DNA of 44,945 nucleotides from contig JAQGDQ010001355.1 in assembly GCA_030141605.1 (NCBI GenBank), positions 1 to 44,945 of the forward strand, written 5' to 3'. The notes under the pieces were generated by a model. That model was not told the DNA's origin. It saw only the letters and a list, made by a program, of their open reading frames with translations, and did not search any database. Source of the stretch: Tubiluchus corallicola (lineage: Eukaryota > Animalia > Priapulida). Made by a program: the position numbers and the translations under genes. Below, piece by piece: positions 34,901-44,945 of this stretch; within the stretch, counting starts at the first letter, position 1, and each line of letters begins with the position of its first letter.

Positions 34901-37900
34901 AATTTGCTTGCTAGTAGATTGTCAGTAAATTCGATTACAAAGAATGTCACTTGTATTGTGGAAACCTTGATTTAGGTAGTTGCTTGATCGTATTATTTAC
35001 TTTCACTTCACTGCCCCTAGAACGATGATAGCGGTTTCGTTTTTTGAGGTTCATCTAGCAATGTCCAAAAAAACTACACCTGTAATATAGAGTGTCGCCA
35101 TATGTTTCGCTTACTGAAACACGCAGAGTTTGAAAGCTAAGTAAAACACGTGACAAAATGCAGCAAACATATGTGTGCTTTTTGTTTGTTTTTCTTTCTT
35201 AAGGTAAGATTTCTCAACACCTGGTTTGCTCACTTATCTGATTTCTCTCCAGCACAGACAGCATTTGCCTTGGCCGTACAGGTGATGGCGACAGTTGCTT
35301 TTTCTAATTAATAAATCAATACAATGAGGCAGTAACAGAGCATGAAACGAGATTGTTTTGATTGTGGAATGGTTTGAAAGGGATGCTCGTTGTGAGGGCA
35401 AACATTAAACAGCAAAACGGTGTACCAGATCCCACAGGAAATGATTCAGATACGTTATTAGATATATCCCTTTGTACGCGTGGGCCCTGTTGCCTGACCC
35501 ATCCCTGTTCCACGAAATAGATAAACAGTAACATACAGCACACGATAGGAAAGCCAAAAGAGTTTTTTTTACCTGTTAGCGATATTATTACATCTTTTGG
35601 CAATCTTTGATTATGTAAGACTGGCATGTCCATTTGCACTAATCCTGTTTCAGACACAACCACACTTGCAATCCTCTGATTGTAACTTAGGTCTAAGTTG
35701 GCAGTTTTCAGGCTTTCTGCACTAACAATTTGAATACTTCTAACATCAACCATTCTACGAAATGCTTTTGGATCAATGTACGTTAAGAGGGGATTATTAA
35801 CTATCCATACAGATCTCAAAACGTTGGCATGCATAAATGACGCAGTCAGATTTACAAAGTTTGAGTTGCTTATCTGCAGCACTCCAAATGTCTTCTTCTT
35901 GAATAATTTGCGTGGGAAGGAGCTGTCTTCGTAGTTTCTAATCTCCATGAACTCCACATAATCAGGTAGAGTGTTTTCCAGGAACCACATGTTAGAATAA
36001 CGGAGGCCATATATTTTGCCACATATTAGTCTGCAAGGTGTTTTGCTCACGACTTTACACAGATTCCATTTAATTCTTCTACCGCACTGATTTGAATACG
36101 GTGGAGGCAGTGTGGTGGTTGGTAAGGGCGGGTGTACAGTACTTGCACCACATGCATTATCAAAATCTGCAAGATACCATTCTCTAGCTGGAACTCCACA
36201 TTCGATATAAGAATCTTGCCAATTCTCCGCTTTTGTCCATCTCATCGAACAATTACACTCAAGTGGATTATCTAGAAAAGGAAAACAGTTTTGGTGTCAT
36301 ATTTCTTTTGTGTTTGTGTCATGAGAATTTTGTTGTATGCAGTATAATAATCAAATTTCAAGAAAAACAGTTGTGTTCTGCTTCAATCTTGCATAAAAAC
36401 CAACTTCATCTGTGCACTTCAATTTAGCATTAACAGTTCAGCATCATCTGTGAACTTCAATCTACATTAACAGTAAAGCTTTATTAATTCACTTAAATCT
36501 ACATAAATAGTACAGCTTCATCTATGCACTTCAGTCTACATTAACAGTTCAGCTTCATCTGTGCACTTCAATCTACATTAACAGTAGAGCTTCATCTGTG
36601 AACTTCAATCTAAATTAACAGTAAAGCTTTATTAATTCACTTAAATCTACATGAATAGTACAGCTTCATCTATGCACTTCAATCTACATTAACAGTTCAG
36701 CTTCATCTGTGCACTTCAATCTATATTAACAGTAGAGCTTCATCTGTGAACTTCAATCTACATTAACAGTAAAGCTTTATTAATGCACTGCAATCTACAT
36801 GAACAGTACAGCTTCATTTATGCACTTCAATATACGCTAACAGTTCAGCTTCATCTGTGCACTTCGATCTACATTCACAGTATAGTTTCGTCCATGCACA
36901 TCGATCTACTTTAACAGTACAGCCTCATCTATGCACTTCAACCTGCATTAACAGAACAGCTTCATCTGTGCACTTCAATCTGCATTAACAGTACAGCTTC
37001 ATCTGTGCACTTCACTCTACATTATTAGTACAGCTTCATCTGTGCACTTCAATCTACATTAATGGTGCAGCTTCATCGGTGCACTTCAATCTACATTAAC
37101 AGTACAGCTTCATCTATGCACTTCAATCTACATTAACAGTGCAGCTTTATCTGAGCACTTCAATCTGCATTAACAGTTCAGCTTCATCTATGCACTTCAA
37201 TCTACATTAACAGTGCAGCTTCATCTGTGCACTTCACTCTACATTAACAGTATAGCTTCATTTATGCACTTCAACCTACATTAGCAGTACAGCTTCATCT
37301 GTGCACTTCAATCTACATTAACAGTACAGTTTCATCTATCACTTCAATCTACATTTGCAGTACATTTTCGTCTGTGCACTTCACTCTACATTAGCAGTAC
37401 AGCTTCATCTGTGAACTTCAATCTACATTAACAGCACAGTTTCATCTATGCAATTCAATCTACATTAACGGTACAGTTTCATCTGTGCATTTCAATCTAC
37501 ATTAATGGTACAGTTTCATGTATGCACTTCAGTCTACATTAACAGTACAGCCCCCTCCGTGCACTTCAATCTACATTAACAGTACAGGTCCATCTGTGCG
37601 ATCTGTGCACTTCAATCTACATTAACAGTACAGGTCCATCTGTGCGATCTGTGCACTTCAATCTACATTAACAGCACAGTTTCATTTATGCACTGGAACC
37701 TACATTAGCAGTACAGCTTCATCTGTGAACTTCAATCTACATTAACAGCACAGTTTCATCTATGCATTTCAATCTACATTGACAGTACAGCTTCGTCTGT
37801 GCACTTCAATCTACATTAACAGTACAGCTTAATCTATGCACCTCAATCTACATTAACGGTACAGCTTCATCTGTGCATTTCAATCTATATTAACAGTACA

Positions 37901-39715
37901 GCTTCGTCTGTGCTTTTCAATCTACATTAACAGTACAACTTCATCTATGCACTTCAATCTACATTAACGGTACAGCTTCGTCTGTACATTTCAGTCTACA
38001 TTAACAGTACAGCTTCATCTAAGCACTTCAATCTACAGTAACAGTATAATTTCATCTGTGCACTATATCGTTTGTTGGTCACAATTTTTTTGGGTAAATA
38101 ATACGGTCCATATGAAGTTATATTCTTTAAGAGAAATTTCGCAAGCACAAACAAGTCAAGGTTTATCAAAGTATGCAAAGTGTACTAGATAACGTCTACA
38201 GTGTACTGTAGAGAGACAATAAACACCAAACGGTCTTACTCAATAATATTTGGGAAATAGTATAATGCAATATTTCAAGTCAAGCTGAGATAAAAATGAC
38301 AAAGAGCAATAATTATAGTGGTAGAAACTTTCAAACACTTCAACACTTCAAGAATTTCGCAGGAAAGTGGAGTAGCCTAGGCTCTTTATCAAAAATTAAC
38401 TCAGGTATAGTAATTTAATGATGGCGAGCGCCGTTTTGTTTACTACTAGTTAGGAAACATACGAAAATCACATGGTTTTCATCTTGAATACCAAGTCCAC
38501 ACTCACACGTTCTTCTCCCTCCTGGAATTCTCGACTACCTTCCTGTTCGAACTTTCATTCAGTGCAAAGACAGCAATACACGAGAGGTTCTAAAGCGAGT
38601 AAATTCAGGCACATCAGCATCGTGGATTAAAGCTCGCATATCGTTAAAATCTTGATCAATTAAATTTAAATTGTCATTTATTTATACCATAAGTTATCAA
38701 TATACCTTGACACACCTTGATTTTTTATTAATAGTACAGTTTCGTCTATGCACTTCAGTCTATGTAATTGTAATGTCTATGCACTTCAGTCTATGTAATT
38801 GTAATGATGCATGGTTCTCCCCGCCAGGTGGTCTGATTGGTGTCTCCCTAGTCGGCTCGTTCGCTCATGCTTCGGAGGCCAAGTAATCTGATTTCAATGC
38901 CAAGATGTCACACATAAATTTTTTGAAATGAACTTGCCAGTAAACTTGTCCTGTGTACTTCGAGCTGGCTGTGTCTGCAGTACAGGTGCCATTACAGGTA
39001 AGAACACCTGACTGTTTACCTGTTGAGTCTACAGGGCCATTCCATAGAAAAGGTTATACACCAGGTATTCAAAACCATGATGCAACGGCTTCGTACGGAC
39101 GGGACCTTCACAATGTGGGTTGGTCGAAAATTTCGCCCCCGTAACAATATATTAGCAGCACACTTTCATCTATGTACTTCAATCTACAGTAAGTGATTCA
39201 ACTACGTTCATCTACGTACAGAAACATACAGTTCCATCCATGCACTTCAATTAACATTAATGTTTCATCTATGTACTTCAGTCTACAACAACTGCTCAAT
39301 CAATTTACTTCAATCTATTGCAATAGTACATTTTCTACCATATTCATTTTACCCAGAAACAAATGCGCTAATAGATTACTGTTAACCCAGGAAATATTAG
39401 ATTACCTCACTGCATCTGTATCATCAAAAAATGAAGAAATTTGCAAAACTAAAAAGAAAAATTTCCCGATGTTATTAACGCCAAACAATGACACGATGCA
39501 ATTTTCACTGTACAAGATTATCACTTCGTGACAGAAACATGAATTGAATCGAACTGAAATTTACCTTTTTCTCAAATTTACAAATGTGCATTAACAGTTT
39601 CCAGTCTACAAGGGCGCAATAGTTGAATAGTATACAGGTAAATAGGGCCTAATGGGTAGTATAAGTGAAAAGGAGAGAGAATAGTGAGCAGGCCGCGGCC
39701 AAGCATGCACACGCA

Positions 39716-39746
<31 letters not shown>

Positions 39747-40613
39747 CCGCGCGCGAAGAACACAATTTTATCAAATTATTCTGAATAATTCGCAATAACA
39801 GGACAAAGAGCAAACGATGTTAGTTACTGCGTTTAAAGAGGTTATTTTATTCAACCAGAAAAACTTTTTGGTGATAATTTTTGATGTGCAGTAAAGTCGA
39901 CTATGCAACGTGCATATTTTCGCACTGCTTTTTTCCGGAAATCATGCATTTTGAAAAAACAACTTACACGCAATATAGAAAGATATGTTCTCTGCTGGAA
40001 GATTTGGTGGAAAGATCGGCCTTGTTAAATAATCTGTAGCTGTTGATACTATCGCAAACATTGAGATCTTTGGGTTTGATGAAAAGTCTAAGCTTGTTAC
40101 GTCCAGTTTTAACGAATTCTGGATTCTCAACACGGCTAGGTTGTCTAATCTTGAAAAGGCTTGGGGATGTATCGTTTTTAGTTCATAATTGTCCTCCAGT
40201 ATTATATTGTCAACGTCTCCATAGAAAGCATCACTGTCAATAGTTTCGAGTTTCTTAGAATCTCTAATCTGCAAAACAGTTACTTGTTTTTTGTCTAGAA
40301 AGTAATCAGGTAAAGTCGGATCATCGTACTTAAAAATTGTGATTTCTGATAAATTATTTTTCATTGCACCAACTACTTCACCAAGTGCTATTTTATCAAG
40401 TGGCTCTTTTATACCACACAAAACTTCGCAGAAGTATATGCCGGATTTGTAGCCCTCAACAATTACAACAAAAGTACAGTTTTGTCTCCACCAATCACCT
40501 CCGCATCCATACACGGTCATATGTACTCCGTGTATCTGCTGAATTGATTTAAATGTATTAACAATGAAATATCCAAATATCAATGCAGTAAACAAAAAGT
40601 TATTATTGAACAT
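28735..40613 (-). CDS. Gene B: paralog of gene A; complement(join(28735..28985,30642..31367,34203..34868,35573..36271,39968..40613)), about 995 aa
   Basis: Exon lengths 646+699+666+726+251=2988 nt join in frame with GT-AG boundaries; exon-by-exon similarity to gene A (exon 3 MEWTK..C: 24 of 36 residues identical; exon 5 EFCDPxNPAN). Confidence 0.9.
29150..29680 (-). mobile_element. Dispersed repeat copy 2, in gene B intron 4
   Basis: Inverted homolog of 12036-12600. Confidence 0.7.
29681..30037. mobile_element. piggyBac-like MITE
   Basis: TTAA|CCCTTTCAATCCC ... GGGTATGAAAGGG|TTAA. Confidence 0.85.
30642..31367 (-). CDS. Gene B exon 4
   Basis: Acceptor TTACAG|; (G)NEISCGCPLKW; ITTTTTAQPVTTP linker; 726 nt; donor G|GTGAGT. 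Confidence 0.88.
32180..32735 (+). repeat. Dispersed repeat copy 2 (gene B intron 3)
   Basis: Homolog of 21630-22495. Confidence 0.75.
34203..34868 (-). CDS. Gene B exon 3
   Basis: Acceptor TTTTAG|; (E)NPLYCDCKMEWTK; 666 nt; donor G|GTAAGG. Confidence 0.88.
35573..36271 (-). CDS. Gene B exon 2
   Basis: Acceptor TTCTAG|; (Y)NPLECNCSMRWTK; PPLPTTTLPPP linker; 699 nt, phase 1-1. Confidence 0.88.
36405..38065. repeat. 37-bp minisatellite, about 45 copies, in gene B intron 1
   Basis: CAGCTTCATCTGTGCACTTCAATCTACATTAACAGTA unit; degenerate outliers at 38730-38800 and 39160-39330. Confidence 0.97.
38401..40231 (-). repeat. Left arm of the inverted duplication (gene B exon 1 3' part + start of intron 1)
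   Basis: Collinear reverse-complement match to 43168-44945. Confidence 0.95.
38800..39146. mobile_element. Possible solo LTR interrupting degenerate 37-bp units (second copy at 44235-44586)
   Basis: TGTAAT...GTAACA termini, higher GC, internal AGTAAA; no clean TSD. Confidence 0.4.
39968..40613 (-). CDS. Gene B exon 1: signal peptide + Cys cap + LRR array
   Basis: MFNNNFLFTALIFGYFIV hydrophobic start; CEVLCG; LKTIHPQAFSRLDNLAVLRIQ; donor T|GTAAGT. Confidence 0.88.
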
Positions 40614-41389
40614 GGCTGACTATAACAAACTTTTGAAACTTTTTTCAATTGTTCAAAGAAACGACTTTCTAAAACGCTTTGGAACTTTTGCGCAATTTTA
40701 GTAATAGTAATTGTCTTAGAACAATGCAAAAAATTTTCTCCAGTTGTTTTTCCAAAGAATTTACAATTATGGAATTAAAAATTTATTTTCAATGTGGCAA
40801 CCCTTTGTTCCATTTTTTCAATATTTCGTTGGTAGTAAATAATTCTGTATTGGTTGGGTTCCTGTTTGCAAGCCTGCCGCAAAAATCAAGCTGGACCTAT
40901 TAATTAAAAACTGGGTGGCAAATCAGTATGCCAAATTTTAATGCAGTTTCAGAATATATCCAAAACTTTGCCATTTTCAAGTTTTTGCAATAACCTTATC
41001 TTTGTATGGATAGATAATATTTTAAATGCATTTACAGAATGAATTAAACATTGAAACATTGATTCATTGACAATGAATTGAAACACTGTACCTAAATAAA
41101 TCACCTAAAATTATAGAGGCATAAAGAAAGCGTTTACATCCAGAAGTGCTAAAGTTTTTTTAGGAACACCATAACTTTTTTCTTAAGCTTTACTAAGAAC
41201 TTGTTCATTTATTTGCAAAACACTTTTATTTTTTAGTTGTCATGTAAAATAGTAATTCATAAATAAATCACGAATCACACAGCAGAATTAAGAAAGTTAC
41301 TTTATTGGAGCAGCTTTAAAGCACTTTTACATCAGTAAGATAAGGATATGCTAACTTCCAAGAAAACCCACGCCTAATGCAGTATAGAC

Positions 41390-41890
41390 CAGGGGTGTGC
41401 AAATTATCTGACTAGGCGGGCCACATTAAACATTCCCTCAATTCCTGCAGGCCACATGCAGTTTGGTCAATGAGCCAAGTACAGAAAGGCCTAATAACGA
41501 TTTTTTTTGCATCCGACCTGCGTACATCATTACTACTACACTCAAGAAACTATTTTAGAAGTCACTAAAATTTATATTACAAACCATATATTTCTACTTT
41601 CAGCACAGATAGTGGTAATTTCAATACAATGCATATTAGTAACGTGTATCACACAGTCTGTGTAGTACAGTGACATTAAGCTACAACTGTCTTGTAAGGG
41701 TTAATGGCATCCGATCTAGTAGAAAAAACTACACGCACTATCTTTGGGATCGTGGCACGGACTTCAGCTGGATACACTCAATTAATCGCCTGGGCCGCAG
41801 TTTCATTAGGTTGACAAATCTCTTCGCGGGCCGCACAAATTCTCTTGGCGGGCCGCAAGTGGCCCGCGGGCCGCAATTTGCACACCCCTG
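41390..41890. mobile_element. hAT (Buster/Charlie-type) MITE
   Basis: Perfect 16-bp TIR CAGGGGTGTGCAAATT; perfect 8-bp TSD GTATAGAC (nnnTAnnn, the Buster target pattern); subterminal GCGGGCCGC repeats. Confidence 0.93.
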
Positions 41891-42512
41891 GTATAGACAA
41901 ATAAAAAACCTTAAAAATATAGGCTTATTTGAAGTCAGAAATCCGTCCATGAAATATTAGATAAAGACAAATAAACACATTAAAGTGGGAAAAGGAAGTA
42001 AAAAAATCCACGTTACTTTATAGATTTTAAACCTGTCACATTGTAAGATGCTCACCTATGACAGATGTAGAATGTAGGACTATTGCCAAGCCAACGTTTC
42101 TACATCTCTCATACCTATGCTTAGTAATGTGGAACAAGTCACCAATTACACACTTCTAATAGTATTACTAAAGTAAGTTATCATCTAGATCGGTATTAAA
42201 AAGATCATGTGGAGAGTGCCCCAAGAACAGACAATGTGCAATGGACTGAGTAGACAACATCGTTTACTTATCATTTTCTATACTTTTTTTATAAAAAATT
42301 TTGCATGCTTCTTTTAGTGGACACGTTTAAGCTTTACAAGGTGTAAGGTTTACTTCTCAGACAGTCAACAAGAGACACATTCCATTGTACGCCTTTCATC
42401 CAGCTCAGATTGCAATCACAATATAATAGATTTTCTGAAAAGATGTTATTCTGCATTTCATATATGAGTATGGAAGGCACTGTGGTGTAATAAATTGTGT
42501 ACTGTGCAATCT

Positions 42513-43020
42513 TACTTACTCACTCACTCACTCACTCACTCACACACTCACTCACTCACTCACTCACTCACAAGTTTTACTACAAAATTACATTAGACAT
42601 TAGTAACATTTACAGTAAGAATAGACTATAACTACACAAACTGACAAGTTTTGCTACAAGAATACATTAGACAGTAACATTTACAGTAAGAATAGACTAT
42701 AACTACACAAGCTGACAAGTTTTACTACAAGATTACATTACACATTAGTAGAAAATGACGATTAGAAAGTATTAATGTACGAATATTTAAGACTGATGCC
42801 TTTCATATCAGATAGAAACTACTGGAAGCGTTTAGTACGTAATATAAAGTCATGTATACATTGGAATATTTTACAGTTAACAACATAGTTAAATTCATCT
42901 TTTCCGAATAATAACAACTTCAACAGAACATTAGTCCCTAAGCCAGCTATATTAAGGTTTTCGGGCAGAAGTATTTCATTTAATTTATCAAACATAACAA
43001 CCCTAGTTTGTTGATACAAT
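42513..43020 (-). mobile_element. 5'-truncated CR1/L2-group LINE with (GAGT)n tail
   Basis: ORF end LLLFGKDEFNYVVNCKIFQCIHDFILRTKRFQ* matches the common LLFG...FI..T.RF LINE ORF2 terminus; tandem duplication in the 3' UTR; tetranucleotide tail 42513-42570. Confidence 0.75.
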
Positions 43021-43167
43021 GCTCATTGGTTTAACGGAAAGTACTTTGGATTTCTGTCATTGATGTCATTGTCTTTCGCAGGCTGATTATAAATAAACTT
43101 TTAGGTAAAATTCTCCTATTCAATGCAATTACAAATTTACAAACAGGAGAGTACAAACACAAGGTGC

Positions 43168-43434
43168 ATGCTTCTAAGTGGAGACGTTGACAATATAATA
43201 CTTGAGGACACTATGAACTAAAACGATACATCCCCAAGCCTTTTCAAGATTAGACAAATCTAGCCGTAAGTTGAGAATCCAGAATTCGTTAAACTGGACG
43301 TAACAAGCTAGACTTTTCATCAAACTCAAAGATCTCAAAGTGTTTGCGATAGTATCAACAGCTACAGATTATTTAGTCAAGGCCGATCTTTCCACCAAAT
43401 CTTCCAGCAGAGAACATATCTTTCTATATTGCGT
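43168..43434 (+). pseudogene. 5'-truncated, frameshifted inverted copy of gene B exon 1 (3' part)
   Basis: Reverse complement of about 39968-40231 with many 1-2 nt indels; donor reads GTAATG instead of GTAAGT. Confidence 0.7.
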
Positions 43435-43652
43435 GTAATGTTGTTTTTTCAAAATGCATGATTTCCGGAAAAGCAGTGCGAAAATATGCACGTTGCATAG
43501 TCGACTTTACTGCACATCAAAAATTATCACTAAAAAGTTTTTCTGGTTGAATAAAATAACTCCCTTTTAAACGCAGTACTAACATCGTTTGCTTGTCCTG
43601 TTATTGCGAATTATTCAGAATAATTTGATAAAATTGTGTTCTTCGCGCGCGG

Positions 43653-43683
<31 letters not shown>

Positions 43684-44945
43684 TGTGCATGCTTGGCCGC
43701 GGCCTGCTCACTATTCTCTCTCCTTTTCACTTATACTACCCATTAGGCCCTATTTACCTGTATACTATTCAACTATTGCGCCCTTGTAGACTGGAAACTG
43801 TTAATGCACATTTGTAAATTTGAGAAAAAGGTAAATTTCAGTTCGATTCAATTCATGTTTCTGTCACGAAGTGATAATCTTGTACAGTGAAAATTGCATC
43901 GTGTCATTGTTTGGCGTTAATAACATCGGGAAATTTTTCTTTTTAGTTTTGCAAATTTCTTCATTTTTTGATGATACAGATGCAGTGAGGTAATCTAATA
44001 TTTCCTGGGTTAACAGTAATCTATTAGCGCATTTGTTTCTGGGTAAAATGAATATGGTAGAAAATGTACTATTGCAATAGATTGAAGTAAATTGATTGAG
44101 CAGTTGTTGTAGACTGAAGTACATAGATGAAACATTAATGTTAATTGAAGTGCATGGATGGAACTATATGTTTCTGCACGTAGATGAACGTGTTTGAATC
44201 ACTTACTGTAGACTGAAATACATAGATGAAACTGTGTTACGGGGGCGAAATTTTCGACCAACAAACATTGTGAAGGTCTCGTCCGTACGAAGCCGTTGCA
44301 TAATGGTTTTGAATACCGGGTGTATTGAAAACCTTTTCTATGGAATGGCCTTGTAAACTCAACAGGTAAACAGTCAGGTGTGTCTTACCTGTCATGGCAC
44401 CTGTACTGCAGATGCAGTCAGCTCGAAGTACACAGGACAAGTTTACTGGTAAGTTTATTTCAACCTAAAGTTTTCATCATCTTGGCATTGAAATCAGATT
44501 ACTTGGCCTCCGAAGTATGAGAGAACGAACCGACTAGGGGAGACACCAATCAGACCCCCTGGCGGGGAGAATCATGCATCATTACAATTACATAGAGTGA
44601 AGTGCATAGACAAAACTGTACTATTAATATAGAATCAAGGTGTGTCAAGGTACATTGATACCTTATAAATAAATGACAATTTAAATTTAATTGATCAGGA
44701 TTTTAACGATATACGAGCTTTATTCCACGATGCTGATGTGTCTGAATTTACTCGCTTTAGAACCTCTCGTTTATTGTTGTTTTTGCACTGAATGAAAGTT
44801 CGAACAGGAGGTGGTCGAGAATTCCATGAGGGAGAAGAACGTGTGAGTGTGGACTTGGTATTCAAGATGAAAACCACGTGATTTCGTGTTTCCTAACTAA
44901 TAGTAAAGAAAACGGCACTCGCCATCATAAAATTACTATACCTGA
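43168..44945 (+). repeat. Right arm of a long inverted duplication (left arm about 38401-40231); continues past the window end
   Basis: The last window bases are the reverse complement of TCAGGTATAGTAATT at 38401; ORF 43864..44124(-) is identical to the C-terminal 86 aa of ORF 39193..39531(+). Confidence 0.95.

Noticed and set aside
36405-38065. CRISPR-like 37-bp repeats
   Set aside because: Head-to-tail units with no unique spacers, eukaryotic intron context, no cas genes.
39193-39531. ORF duplicated at 43864-44124
   Set aside because: Intronic, partly minisatellite-derived; the identity reflects the inverted duplication rather than coding constraint.

Overview
AT-rich, intron-containing eukaryotic DNA that looks like an invertebrate animal genome; no prokaryotic features, rRNA, tRNA or CRISPR are visible. 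The core of the window is a pair of convergent (tail-to-tail) paralogous five-exon genes: gene A (+, 14528-24099, about 1015 aa) and gene B (-, 40613-28735, about 995 aa). Each encodes a signal peptide, four tandem Cys-capped leucine-rich-repeat (LRR) modules and a GPI-anchor-like tail. Every intron is phase 1 and lies immediately before the LRRCT 'N-x-L-x-C-x-C' motif, so each internal exon is a frame-preserving cassette. An inverted copy of the 3' part of gene B exon 1 plus intron 1 (43168-44945) runs off the window end and brackets the gene B promoter region. Upstream is a spliced pentraxin-domain gene with a Trp-to-stop codon and a frameshift, probably a pseudogene. The remainder is microsatellites, minisatellites, MITEs (hAT, piggyBac-like, Harbinger-like) and LINE remnants. 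Most short ORFs in the supplied track are repeat artefacts. All calls come from reading the sequence by eye; no searches were run.
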